From assembly GCA_022486815.1 (NCBI GenBank), contig JAKVJW010000011.1, forward strand, positions 16,514 through 80,513: DNA of 64,000 nucleotides, written 5' to 3'. The position numbers and the translations under genes were made by a program. The notes beneath the pieces are model-generated. The model was not told the origin of the DNA and searched no databases. It saw nothing but the letters and a program-made list of their open reading frames with translations. Below, piece after piece: positions 37,842 to 48,069 of this stretch. The DNA is from Prevotella sp. (GTDB lineage Bacteria; Bacteroidota; Bacteroidia; Bacteroidales; Bacteroidaceae). How positions within the stretch are numbered: the stretch's first letter is position 1; each line of letters begins with the position of its first letter.

Positions 37842-40800
37842 TCAGAGTGTGTCATCCTGAAGAAATCCGTTTTGCCTCTTGCAATAATCTATAAGTTTCT
37901 TGAATATCGGGTTCGTTTCAAGTATCTGGGGATTTCCAGTCAAAATAATTTGCTTTCTTGCTCTGGTTAGAGCAACATTCAGTTTTCGGTCAATTGTCAT
38001 TCCGTCTTCCTCGAAGCAATTTGCAGTAAGAAATTCGAGTTGTGAGAAATTCTGTATAGTGAATGAATAAATGATATAATCACACTGACTGCCTTGATAC
38101 CGCTCAATGGTATCAATGGAGATGTCAAGAAGCTCCGGAATATTCAGTTTCTCAATTTCCTTCTTAATCATAGCTATTTGATTCCGATAGGGTACGATAA
38201 TACCCGCAGTGCTGGAAGTGAAAAATTGATCCTGACTGCTTCCTGGAGTTTTAAAGCTTTTTTGGGTATATTCGTATATTCGTCTCAGACATTGTGCTGT
38301 AATGATCGCCTCAGAAGAGTTTACCTTTTCTGATGCACTTGTTACCTTACAGAACTTGCTGGGTATAAAAACCATTCTGTGATTAAGAAGCAGATGGTCC
38401 AGGGAAGATGTATTGTCATATACTTCTTTTACTTCCTGTGGATAGAGGTTCTTTTCTTTTTGATGAGGCAGTGGTATAGGTTGGATTCTTTCATGTGCAT
38501 AGAACATCCTATCAGGGAATTCTGCTATAGCCGGGTGCATACGTCCCTGATGATCCAACAAACCGATAAAGTCATCTTCTCGTTTTTGTTTCTTTTCCCA
38601 ACAGATGAGCCGTTCAAAAAGAGAATTACGGCAGTTGGTCAATCCGATGCCATTGAGGTCTTTTTCTGATACTTTTGAATCTGTTTCATCTTGTTGTACA
38701 ACTGCAGGTAGTTGTTTGTGATCACCAATCAGGATAAACTTCCTTACTCTTGTGAGCAGTCCCACAATATTCGGCTCGAGGATTTGTGAGGCTTCATCAA
38801 TAATAGCAAGGTTGAATGTCTTTATGTTAAAGAGATATTCCCGTGAGGAGATCATAGATGTGGTGCCAACGATAATACGTGTATTTTGTATTTTGTTTTT
38901 CAGACAGATGAGTTTTGGAAAACGCTCGGCAAGATTAATGATGAGATAGGGCTGAAAGCGCTTATCACAAGAGAAAGAATTCCCGATTCTGAGAAAATCG
39001 ATTTTGTTTTCCAAAAGCATATTGCAGATCTCATCTACAGCTCTGTTCGTATAGGCCATCAGTAAGATAGATTGCCCGGGACTTGCCAGGGCTTCTCTGA
39101 CCATGAATTGCAAAGCCCTTGATGTCTTCCCTGTTCCCGGTGGTCCAAGGAGGAGAAAGTAATCCTGAGCCTGTTTGGCTCTTTCCAGAATGGGATCTAA
39201 TACGTCATCATAATGTCTGGACAATTTGAGAGAAGTATCTTTTTCAGGTTTACGCTGTCCAAGAATCAGGTCCCGTATAGGTTTGGGAGAAGAGATAAAC
39301 CGGTGCAGATTGCGCAACTCTGATCCTGTTGCGGCATCACTGGCACCATGTTCAATGGCATAGACTTCTGAATGGAACAGGTTCGGATTCTGTTGGCCGT
39401 CGTTAAGATGTACGGTAAGTCGATCCGAAGAAATTTTCTGGAGGGTACCTTTTAGCAGAATAGTCCTGCGTACATCAGGTACCTGATCTTTCGGATAACC
39501 ATAGAGATAAATGATATCTCCTGTCCTGAAGTTAGGCAGGAAATATGTTCCTTGGGCAGGGATGGCTAAGGTAATGGTGTCATACCCATTGAAGGAAGCA
39601 CTTTTCTCCTTTTTAATAATATGCAGGTCTGTATAAATATTTCCGGTATCCTTCTTCTCTGCCAGAGGCATATTCCAGAGATCACTGGAGGAATTGCCGA
39701 GTCCCTCTTGGGCTCCGACCTTAGAAACAACTTGTTCTCGGATAATAAAAGTAAGCATCCTGCAGAAGTAGTTGCGCTCCAGTACGGTAAGGGTATGTAA
39801 AGGATCTGTCATCAGAGCGATTTCCGGCCTGAGATATTGATGATAGAAGGAACCTTGGCAATGTTTTACATTAAGAGCTTCCGGGGTTAATATTTCCATT
39901 CGGTTGCTAAAGCCATTCTGGGCGATATCGAAATCTTCTGCCACTACCTGATTACGGTATTTAATAGCTTCGCGGAAAAGAGTGCGGTAATAAGCCACAC
40001 TCATAAGTCCGTCTTGTGGAGGATATTTGGAGTAAAAGAGCCGGATATCAGTAAGAGAATCACTGGTATGAAAATTATAATGCAGGATGCCATAGTAGAG
40101 CAGGAGTTGTATCCAGTGATTCTCCAGGGGGAGACCATGATGGACTGGGTCTGGCTGGTGTCTTTCAATATGCAGGTTTCGTCCTGATTTCTGCTCGATC
40201 AGCAGTTTGAAGTCTGTAGTCATCAGATCGACGCGGCCATCAATTCCAAGGACTTCACAGATAAAGGAAGGTTCAAGGATAGCCTTTGATTTATCAAAAG
40301 CATTTATTCCTGCAAAGAGTTGATGTACTCCTTCTTGAATATTTCTTGTCTGGTTAGTGGCATCATTATAAAATCTAGTTGGGTTGAAACCGTTACAACA
40401 GGAGAATTCCAAAGCTTTCTCCTGATAGTTACTTTTAATGGTATCTTTCAAGTTATACTTTCCTTCCGAGTTGATGGCATCGTCAAGGATTGATCCCGCC
40501 AGGTCACCCAAAAGGATAGGTTGCGTATTTGCCCTTGGCTTCATCTGTTTTAACAGATAGAGGAGTGGATGATGCCCGAATTCAGTAAAGCAACTGGCGA
40601 TGGTACTGATGTCAAGCAAAAAGTCGGGCTCTAATACGATTAATGTCGGTTGGATGAGATTACCTTCTATATGATTATCTAAAAGATTGAGTTGGGTGTT
40701 CTTATGTACGATATCTTTCAGATAGCTGTGGTCAATTCCTCGTTGTTCTTCCAGATAGGGGACAATAGCTTCTTCTGGAGCATCATCCTGGTCCATACTT

Positions 40801-41255
40801 ACATGAATGCCATCATCATCTACAGACTGGACGATGCAACGGATATAACGGTTGTTGATGCGTCTTGGCTGTAACTGATGACGACTTATCTGTGGTATAA
40901 TGGTATTGACTTCTGTTGGTATGTCACACGAAAAGATTGCAGAGATGAAGATGCAGAGGGCCCGTATATCCTCTTGCAGGTCTTCTTTTGACAATGGCTG
41001 ACTCGAATTGGAGTGACGGCGCATGGTCTGAACAGCAATTTTGTCTGATTGATGGATGTGTAGAGAATTACACACGTAATCAACCTGGGAGAACAGATTG
41101 CCAAAAGCGTGGCCGGAATTTTTGATTCCCTCGTGGCAGCACAATACCAGTATCTCGTGCATCACTTGGTTTCGTTCTTTTGGCTGAAGTTCAGATGCGT
41201 TCAGGATGTCTACGGCACGACTGAACAGTTCTTTTGCTGTAATATTTTTCTTCAT
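37842..41255 (-). CDS. Dna2/Nam7-like SF1 helicase with PD-(D/E)xK nuclease domain
   Basis: GRVDL..IEQKSG nuclease motif; GPPGTGKT, TNRAVD, IDEASQ, GDHKQLP, DTIERYQG, NVALTRAR. Confidence 0.9.
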   Translation of the reverse strand: MKKNITAKELFSRAVDILNASELQPKERNQVMHEILVLCCHEGIKNSGHAFGNLFSQVDYVCNSLHIHQSDKIAVQTMRRHSNSSQPLSKEDLQEDIRALCIFISAIFSCDIPTEVNTIIPQISRHQLQPRRINNRYIRCIVQSVDDDGIHVSMDQDDAPEEAIVPYLEEQRGIDHSYLKDIVHKNTQLNLLDNHIEGNLIQPTLIVLEPDFLLDISTIASCFTEFGHHPLLYLLKQMKPRANTQPILLGDLAGSILDDAINSEGKYNLKDTIKSNYQEKALEFSCCNGFNPTRFYNDATNQTRNIQEGVHQLFAGINAFDKSKAILEPSFICEVLGIDGRVDLMTTDFKLLIEQKSGRNLHIERHQPDPVHHGLPLENHWIQLLLYYGILHYNFHTSDSLTDIRLFYSKYPPQDGLMSVAYYRTLFREAIKYRNQVVAEDFDIAQNGFSNRMEILTPEALNVKHCQGSFYHQYLRPEIALMTDPLHTLTVLERNYFCRMLTFIIREQVVSKVGAQEGLGNSSSDLWNMPLAEKKDTGNIYTDLHIIKKEKSASFNGYDTITLAIPAQGTYFLPNFRTGDIIYLYGYPKDQVPDVRRTILLKGTLQKISSDRLTVHLNDGQQNPNLFHSEVYAIEHGASDAATGSELRNLHRFISSPKPIRDLILGQRKPEKDTSLKLSRHYDDVLDPILERAKQAQDYFLLLGPPGTGKTSRALQFMVREALASPGQSILLMAYTNRAVDEICNMLLENKIDFLRIGNSFSCDKRFQPYLIINLAERFPKLICLKNKIQNTRIIVGTTSMISSREYLFNIKTFNLAIIDEASQILEPNIVGLLTRVRKFILIGDHKQLPAVVQQDETDSKVSEKDLNGIGLTNCRNSLFERLICWEKKQKREDDFIGLLDHQGRMHPAIAEFPDRMFYAHERIQPIPLPHQKEKNLYPQEVKEVYDNTSSLDHLLLNHRMVFIPSKFCKVTSASEKVNSSEAIITAQCLRRIYEYTQKSFKTPGSSQDQFFTSSTAGIIVPYRNQIAMIKKEIEKLNIPELLDISIDTIERYQGSQCDYIIYSFTIQNFSQLEFLTANCFEEDGMTIDRKLNVALTRARKQIILTGNPQILETNPIFKKLIDYCKRQNGFLQDDTL

Positions 41256-41475
41256 TATTATGCAAAGATAACTAAAAACTTTAAGATTTTAGAAAAATGG
41301 AATGTAAGGAATTCTGTTACTTCTTTTATAAAATCAGAATTTTAACAGAGAATATGTTTTTTGATGGACATTCTATTGGCTGCTTGAGAAGGGGTATGAG
41401 AAAATGATGTTGAAGTTCATGGATTTCTATTTTAAGATGGATGATAATCCATATAAAACCTCTATCTTTGTAGGT

Positions 41476-41943
41476 ATGGAAAAAGAAGAATTGATGCGGA
41501 GGGCTATCGTCCTCTCTGAAGAAAGTGTGAAAAGGGGCGGAGGTCCATTTGGAGCAGTCATTGCCCGGAAGGATAAAATCGTAGCAGAAGCTTCGAACAG
41601 TGTAACTCTTGATAATGATCCTACAGCACATGCAGAAGTTAATGCCATCCGTAAAGCTGCAAGGGTACTTGGCACTTTTGACCTCTCTGGGTGTGATATC
41701 TATACTTCCTGTGAGCCGTGTCCGATGTGCTTAGGTGCTATCTACTGGGCTCATCTGGATAGAATTTACTATGCGAATGATCGTCAGGACGCTGCCCGAA
41801 TCGGTTTTGATGATGATTTTATCTATAAAGAGATTGCTCTTAAGCCTGGAGACCGTCATACGAAGATGGAACTCCTTCTTCCGGATGAGGCTAAGAAAGC
41901 CTTTAAGATGTGGGAGAAAAATACCAAGAAGACGGAATATTAA
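41476..41943 (+). CDS. guaD: Guanine/nucleoside deaminase (CDA fold)
   Basis: GGPFGA, HAEVNAIR, SCEPCPMC; ATG 5 nt after TATCTTTG (41463-41470), so probably leaderless. Confidence 0.85.
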   Translation: MEKEELMRRAIVLSEESVKRGGGPFGAVIARKDKIVAEASNSVTLDNDPTAHAEVNAIRKAARVLGTFDLSGCDIYTSCEPCPMCLGAIYWAHLDRIYYANDRQDAARIGFDDDFIYKEIALKPGDRHTKMELLLPDEAKKAFKMWEKNTKKTEY

Positions 41944-42308
41944 GTTTTATTCTGTTTTTCTTTGTTTCGTTGATCTGGAATGTGAATAGAACGGATACAT
42001 TCCAGATTTTTTGTTTTGAACTGGCTATAAAAGCATATACATATTTCTCAGATGTGTTATCTCATGTTCTTCTATGTTTCTTTTTCATAAGACAACTTTT
42101 TGATGAATTTTAGCTTTTATTTGTTTAAAATTATTACTTATGGGAAGAGTTAAAAACTTACTATTTATTGATGTTTGATATTCATAACACATTAATAATA
42201 AATGTTTTACGTTTTTATAAAACTTACTTTTATACTTACTCCAGAATTTATCTTAGAGAAATGGTCATAATTTTGCAATTGTAAAACCTAAACATCTATT
42301 AGTTTATA

Positions 42309-44669
42309 ATGAAGAAGAAAAATTTGCTCCTGACAGGTTTATCCTTTTTAGCAATAACGGTCAGTGCACAAATCCCTCGATTAGGAAAATCACCTCTTAA
42401 TCAAGTTATTAAAGCCATGACTCTGGATGAGAAGATAGATCTTCTTGTAGGAAGTCAGGGAAATGTCAGCACACAAGCTACAGCCACTATTGGAAATTCT
42501 GCTAAATTGGTAGCAGGAGCAGCCGGACAGATTAATGGTATTCCTCGATTGGGAATACCTCCAACTGTTGTTGCAGATGGTCCTGCAGGTCTTCGTATTG
42601 ATGCCACACGTCCTGGGAGCTCACAGAAATTTTATTGTACACATTTTCCTGTGGCAACGGTCATGAGTTCAACATGGAATTCTCAACTGGTCTATGATGT
42701 CGGTGAAGCAATGGGGAATGAAGTGCTTCATTATGGTGTAGATATACTTCTCGCTCCTGCTACAAATATACAACGTAATCCTCTTGATGGGCGGAATTTT
42801 GAATACTATTCAGAAGATCCGTTGTTGGCAGGAACTATTTGTGCAGCAATGATTAAGGGCGTTCAAAGCAATGGCGTTGGAACATCTCTTAAGCATTTCG
42901 TGCTGAATAATCAAGAAACTAATCGGACAAGTAATAATGTTATCGGCAGTCCCCGTACTTTCCGGGAAATTTATCTTAAGCCCTTTGAAATAGCTGTTGA
43001 GACAGCACAGCCCTGGACAGTAATGACCTCTTATAACAAAATCAACGGGACTATGGCTAGTGAACGAAGCGACTTGCTTACTAATATTCTCAGACGAGAA
43101 TGGGGATTTAAGGGCATGGTTATGACTGACTGGTTTGGTGGACAACATGCTACACTCCAGATGGAAGCTGGAAATGATCTCCTAATGCCAGGAAAAATAT
43201 CACAGCGTGAAGAGATTAAAAAAGCAGTGCTCAATGGACGGCTCTCCATGGATATTATAGACCGTAATGTAAGACATATATTAGAATTAATCTTGAGAAC
43301 ACCAAGATTCAAAGGTTATATTGCCGATAATCATCCTGATCTGAAAGTACATGCAGTTCTGACACGTCAAGCTGCTCAAGAAGGGATGGTCCTTCTGAAA
43401 AATGTCAAAAATGCCTTACCTCTTAATCAAAGAATAAGAAAATTAGCAGTATTCGGACGTACTTCCTATGACTTTATTGCAGGTGGAACGGGCTCAGGAA
43501 ATGTAAATCATGCATACGTGGTCAGCTTGATCGATGGCTTGAAAAATGCTGGGTTTGATATTGATCCGTCAATTCAGTCAGACTACACGAAGTATATTTC
43601 CACAACTACTGTAAAACAGCCTTTTAGCGATATTCCATTGGCAGCTTTTCTTCCTAAACATTTAATTCCGGAAATGACCATTAATGCTCCAGATCTTCAT
43701 GAAGCAGCAAGAAACAATGATGCTGCTCTAATTACAATAGGTAAAACATCAGGAGAATTTGCCGATCGCTCTATTAAGGATAATTTTGATTTGTCTCCTC
43801 AAGAAGAGAAGATGATCTCTGACGTTTGTAAAGTATTTCATAAACTTGGTAAGAAAGTAATAGTAGTACTTAATGTATGTGGAGTTATTGAAACTCCGAG
43901 TTGGATAGATGGACCGGATGCTGTACTTGTGGCTTGGCTTCCCGGTCAAGAAGGTGGTAATTCGGTTACTGATATCCTAACTGGTAAAGAAAGTCCATCC
44001 GGACGACTTCCCATGTCGTGGCCGAAGAGTTATGCAGATGTGCCAAATAAGGATGATTTCCCAAATCCGGATGAGATCAGTGATGAACAGATTCTGGAAA
44101 GTCTTAAAGGTTTTGATAATCAGCGGACTGAAGGGAAACGGAAAAATTTCGATTACACAAAATATAATGATGGGATCTATGTAGGTTACCGGTATTATAC
44201 TACTAAGAATATTCCGGTAGCATTTCCTTTTGGTTATGGTTTAAGCTATACCACTTTCAAATATAGTCAATTGACTGTCGTAAAAGATAATCAAGGCAAT
44301 CTGGAAGTAAAGGTAAAAGTTACTAACAAAGGGAAAAGGAGTGGCAAGGAAGTTGTTGAGGTTTATGTAGCTGCCCCTGGAAAGGATATGGGCAAACCCT
44401 CGCGGGAACTTCGTGGCTTTGCTAAAACTAAAAAACTTGCTCCAGACGAGTCCGAAACTGTGAGTGTTAATATTCCTTATTCTTCTTTGGCATCCTTCAA
44501 CGATAAGGAAAACCAATGGCAGGTAGAAGCTGGACAATATATCGTGGAGGTGGCCCGGAATGCTGCTGACATGCGGCCACTTTCTAAGAAAGTAACTGAA
44601 CTTGCCAGCGTAACGGAAAAAGTAACTCCAAGTCTCCTGCCGGAACAAAAAATGATTTGCAGCTATTAG
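42309..44669 (+). CDS. GH3 beta-glucosidase, periplasmic
   Basis: ADGPAG, GRNFEYYSEDP, KHF, MTSYN, MTDW nucleophile, FPFGYGLSYT, Fn3-like tail; TAATTTTG promoter at 42268-42275. Confidence 0.95.
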   Translation: MKKKNLLLTGLSFLAITVSAQIPRLGKSPLNQVIKAMTLDEKIDLLVGSQGNVSTQATATIGNSAKLVAGAAGQINGIPRLGIPPTVVADGPAGLRIDATRPGSSQKFYCTHFPVATVMSSTWNSQLVYDVGEAMGNEVLHYGVDILLAPATNIQRNPLDGRNFEYYSEDPLLAGTICAAMIKGVQSNGVGTSLKHFVLNNQETNRTSNNVIGSPRTFREIYLKPFEIAVETAQPWTVMTSYNKINGTMASERSDLLTNILRREWGFKGMVMTDWFGGQHATLQMEAGNDLLMPGKISQREEIKKAVLNGRLSMDIIDRNVRHILELILRTPRFKGYIADNHPDLKVHAVLTRQAAQEGMVLLKNVKNALPLNQRIRKLAVFGRTSYDFIAGGTGSGNVNHAYVVSLIDGLKNAGFDIDPSIQSDYTKYISTTTVKQPFSDIPLAAFLPKHLIPEMTINAPDLHEAARNNDAALITIGKTSGEFADRSIKDNFDLSPQEEKMISDVCKVFHKLGKKVIVVLNVCGVIETPSWIDGPDAVLVAWLPGQEGGNSVTDILTGKESPSGRLPMSWPKSYADVPNKDDFPNPDEISDEQILESLKGFDNQRTEGKRKNFDYTKYNDGIYVGYRYYTTKNIPVAFPFGYGLSYTTFKYSQLTVVKDNQGNLEVKVKVTNKGKRSGKEVVEVYVAAPGKDMGKPSRELRGFAKTKKLAPDESETVSVNIPYSSLASFNDKENQWQVEAGQYIVEVARNAADMRPLSKKVTELASVTEKVTPSLLPEQKMICSY

Positions 44670-44866
44670 GCTATTTATCATTACTGATGATGTTGATCAT
44701 TAATATTATATGGCAATTCATACGTCACATATCAAACATAAAATCCTCTTTTTGATTAGTATTTGTATGTAATAATGTTCGTAGATAGCTATAACTCAAG
44801 TAAAATGTTAGCTGAATAGTTATTAATAAATCACTGGAAATTTAATTATTATTAGATAATATCATT

Positions 44867-46336
44867 ATGAAATCTTTAACTTTAACTTTAGGAATTGCCG
44901 CATTAACCTTGGCAAGTCAATCCTATGCTCAGAAAAAACCTAATATAGTTTTATTCTATATGGATGATATGGGCATGGGTGATTTATCATTAACCGGGGC
45001 TCGGGGTTATACGACTCCGAATATTGATGGTATTGCTCATGAGGGCATGTATTTTACTAATTACTATGCTTCTTCTGCTATAAGTACTGCTTCTCGTGCA
45101 GGACTACTTACGGGATGCTACTCTACTCGCGTAGGTGCTCCTGGATGTTATATGATTAATCCTAAAGAAGGATTGGATGCAAGTGAGACAACATTACCAG
45201 AGATGTTGCAAAAGATTGGATATAATACAGCTTTAATCGGGAAGTGGCATCTTGGATGTGGAAATGACTTCTCTCCCTTGAAACGTGGTTTTAAAGAATT
45301 TTTCGGTACGTTATATTCTAACGATATGTGGCCCGTTAATTATGATGGTACACCTTGTACAGATCCTAATAACTTTAAATCTATGATGCCAGAACTTAGA
45401 CTGATTGATGGAGATAAAACTTATAAGATAATCGCAACTCTTGATGATCAAGCTCAGTTGACGACACTTTATACAGAACGTGCTATCAGGTATATCAATA
45501 ATCATGCTAAGAAACCTTTTTTCCTAGAGATTTGCCATAATATGCCTCATGTACCTCTTGCTGTTTCTGATAAGTTTAAGGGTAAGAGTAAAGTTGGACT
45601 ATATGGTGATGTAATGATGGAATTGGACTGGAGTGTAGGTCAGATTCTAAGTACATTAAAAGAAAAGGGATTGGAGAAAAATACAATTGTTATTTTTACT
45701 TCTGATAATGGTCCATGGTTAACGTTTGGTAATTATGCTGGGAGTAATGGAGGGTTGCGTGAAGGAAAGCAAACTTCTTTTGAAGGTGGACAGCATCTTC
45801 CTTGCATTATTAAATGGCCTGGTAAAATACCAGCTGGTGTTGTGAACCCACAATTAATCTGCAATTTGGATTTTTTGCCTACCTTCGCAGCCATTACAGG
45901 TGCTAAACTTCCAACAAACAAAATTGATGGCATAAATGTACTTTCTCTTTTAAAGGGCAATACGACAGAATCTCCTCGCAAATATTTTTATTATTATTAT
46001 TCCTATAATCCAGCGCAAATCCTTGGAAATCTTGAAGCGGTTAGGGATAATCAATTCAAACTTGTCTTTGATCATAAATATAATAGTAATGAAGATGCAA
46101 AAATTGGCAAAGATGGATTCCCTGGCCAGACAGTTGTAAAAGAAGCTAAGATGGCACTTTATGATCTTCGTAATGATCCTGGAGAGCGTATGGATGTAAA
46201 AGATAATTACCCTAAAGAAGTCGAAAAATTACAAAAGGCTGCTCAGAAAATGCGTGAAGATTTAGGAGATAACCTTCAAAATATGCCTGCAACAAATGCA
46301 CGGCATTACCTACCTCTTTATCCTTTTGGAAGGTAG
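44867..46336 (+). CDS. S1 formylglycine sulfatase, Ser-type (arylsulfatase-like)
   Basis: PNIV..MDDMG, ISTASRAGLLTG, GKWHLG, PHVP, SDNG. Confidence 0.93.
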   Translation: MKSLTLTLGIAALTLASQSYAQKKPNIVLFYMDDMGMGDLSLTGARGYTTPNIDGIAHEGMYFTNYYASSAISTASRAGLLTGCYSTRVGAPGCYMINPKEGLDASETTLPEMLQKIGYNTALIGKWHLGCGNDFSPLKRGFKEFFGTLYSNDMWPVNYDGTPCTDPNNFKSMMPELRLIDGDKTYKIIATLDDQAQLTTLYTERAIRYINNHAKKPFFLEICHNMPHVPLAVSDKFKGKSKVGLYGDVMMELDWSVGQILSTLKEKGLEKNTIVIFTSDNGPWLTFGNYAGSNGGLREGKQTSFEGGQHLPCIIKWPGKIPAGVVNPQLICNLDFLPTFAAITGAKLPTNKIDGINVLSLLKGNTTESPRKYFYYYYSYNPAQILGNLEAVRDNQFKLVFDHKYNSNEDAKIGKDGFPGQTVVKEAKMALYDLRNDPGERMDVKDNYPKEVEKLQKAAQKMREDLGDNLQNMPATNARHYLPLYPFGR

Positions 46337-46425
46337 TTTTTCTTATTATATTTTCTTGAATTATAAATATCTTTATATCAACTTATAGTAAGTAAAAAAC
46401 AATTTTATAAATTAAACATATTATC

Positions 46426-47832
46426 ATGAAAAGGAAACTATTAACAACTTCTGTTTTATGTTCAATGGCAGGATTAGTCCCAACAAACAGTATTTATGCA
46501 CAGGATTGCCTTAGAGGTAAACAGAAACAACCTAATATTATCTTTATTTTAGCGGATGATATTGGGTACGAAGCATTTGGCTGTGATGGGGGGACGTCTT
46601 ATAAGACTCCAAACATTGACCGTATGGCTAAGGAGGGAATGCTCTTTAATCTGTGCTATTCTCAACCTTTAAGTGCTCCTTCTCGTTCTCAGTTGATGAC
46701 CGGTAAATACAACTTTCGTAACTATCATGGTTTTGGGGTGATGGATCCAGGAACAGAGACATTTGGCAATCTGTTGAAGGATGCAGGTTATGTTACAGGT
46801 GTCACAGGCAAATGGCAACTCTATGGAGATGCTGATCAGCAGAAACTAGTTGGCCATCATGGCGTACTTCCAAGAGAGGTGGGTTTTGATCATTATTTTC
46901 TTTGGCATACGGTATTTCCTAATATGGAATTCCCGGATTCATTGAAGGGTGATAAACTTATTATTAAGGGAGAGACAACTCAACGTGAAGCTCGCTATAA
47001 GAATCCTGTCATATTGACAGAGGATGGTAAGCTCACTTTCCATGATCAATATGGACCACAGCTTTTCGAAAGATGGGCAGAGAATTTTATCGATGAAAAT
47101 AAAGACAGATCCCGTCCTTTTTTCCTTTATTATCCTATGGTGTTGATGCATGATCCATTTCAACCTACTCCTAACAGTAAAGGATGGGGAAATTCTAATG
47201 GATATGATCCAAGTGATCCTAAATACTTTGGCGATATGATGGAATATATGGATATGCTTGTAGGCCGTCTTATCAAGAAGGTGAATGATGCTGGTATCGC
47301 TGATAATACTATTATTATCTTTACAGGTGATAATGGTACAAACCGCAAAATTTATTCTCAGTGGTGCGGTCAGAAAATCCGTGGAGACAAGGGATTTCCT
47401 CAAGAATGGGGTATTCATGTACCTTTTGTGGCTTATTGGAAAGGTCACATTAAAGCAGGGAGTGTAAATAACAATATGATTGACTTCACTGATATTCTGC
47501 CTACATTCATGGATATAGCAGGAACAGGTATTCCAGCTGGCTTTAAAGTTGACGGTATGAGTATTCTTGATCAGCTGCTTGGCAAGAAAGATGCTCCAAA
47601 GAGAGACAACACATTTGGATGGTATGATGCCAAATGGATTTCTATTTTCCCGAAGGCTATCTGGATACAGGATTCTTCTCACACTTGGAAGCTCTATCAT
47701 GACGGTAAATTCTATAATCTAAAGAACGATCCCGATGAGAAGACTCCTCTTAATGATAAGGACCTTACCAAGCAGGAACGCGGTATTAAAAATCGTTTGA
47801 TGAAACGAATAGAATATATCTTAGCCCATTAA
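46426..47832 (+). CDS. S1 formylglycine sulfatase, Ser-type
   Basis: PNII..ADD, LSAPSRSQLMTG, GKWQL, MHDP, GDNG. Confidence 0.92.
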   Translation: MKRKLLTTSVLCSMAGLVPTNSIYAQDCLRGKQKQPNIIFILADDIGYEAFGCDGGTSYKTPNIDRMAKEGMLFNLCYSQPLSAPSRSQLMTGKYNFRNYHGFGVMDPGTETFGNLLKDAGYVTGVTGKWQLYGDADQQKLVGHHGVLPREVGFDHYFLWHTVFPNMEFPDSLKGDKLIIKGETTQREARYKNPVILTEDGKLTFHDQYGPQLFERWAENFIDENKDRSRPFFLYYPMVLMHDPFQPTPNSKGWGNSNGYDPSDPKYFGDMMEYMDMLVGRLIKKVNDAGIADNTIIIFTGDNGTNRKIYSQWCGQKIRGDKGFPQEWGIHVPFVAYWKGHIKAGSVNNNMIDFTDILPTFMDIAGTGIPAGFKVDGMSILDQLLGKKDAPKRDNTFGWYDAKWISIFPKAIWIQDSSHTWKLYHDGKFYNLKNDPDEKTPLNDKDLTKQERGIKNRLMKRIEYILAH

Positions 47833-48069
47833 TAGGAGTTAAGAGATAGAATGATGAAATAGATATTATTATAGATAATGAACTTGGGAAATTTGTTGTC
47901 TATAGTAATTTCTAATATCTTTCTTCCAACTCAGAAAATTTTCTAATTTGAAAAATAGTCTTTTGTGAAGAAATTAAATAATATAATTTATTCTGAACTT
48001 TGTAGTCAGAAGTCAGTAATAATGCTAAATGTTAATTCTAAAATATAATAATTATAAAAATCCAACAAC

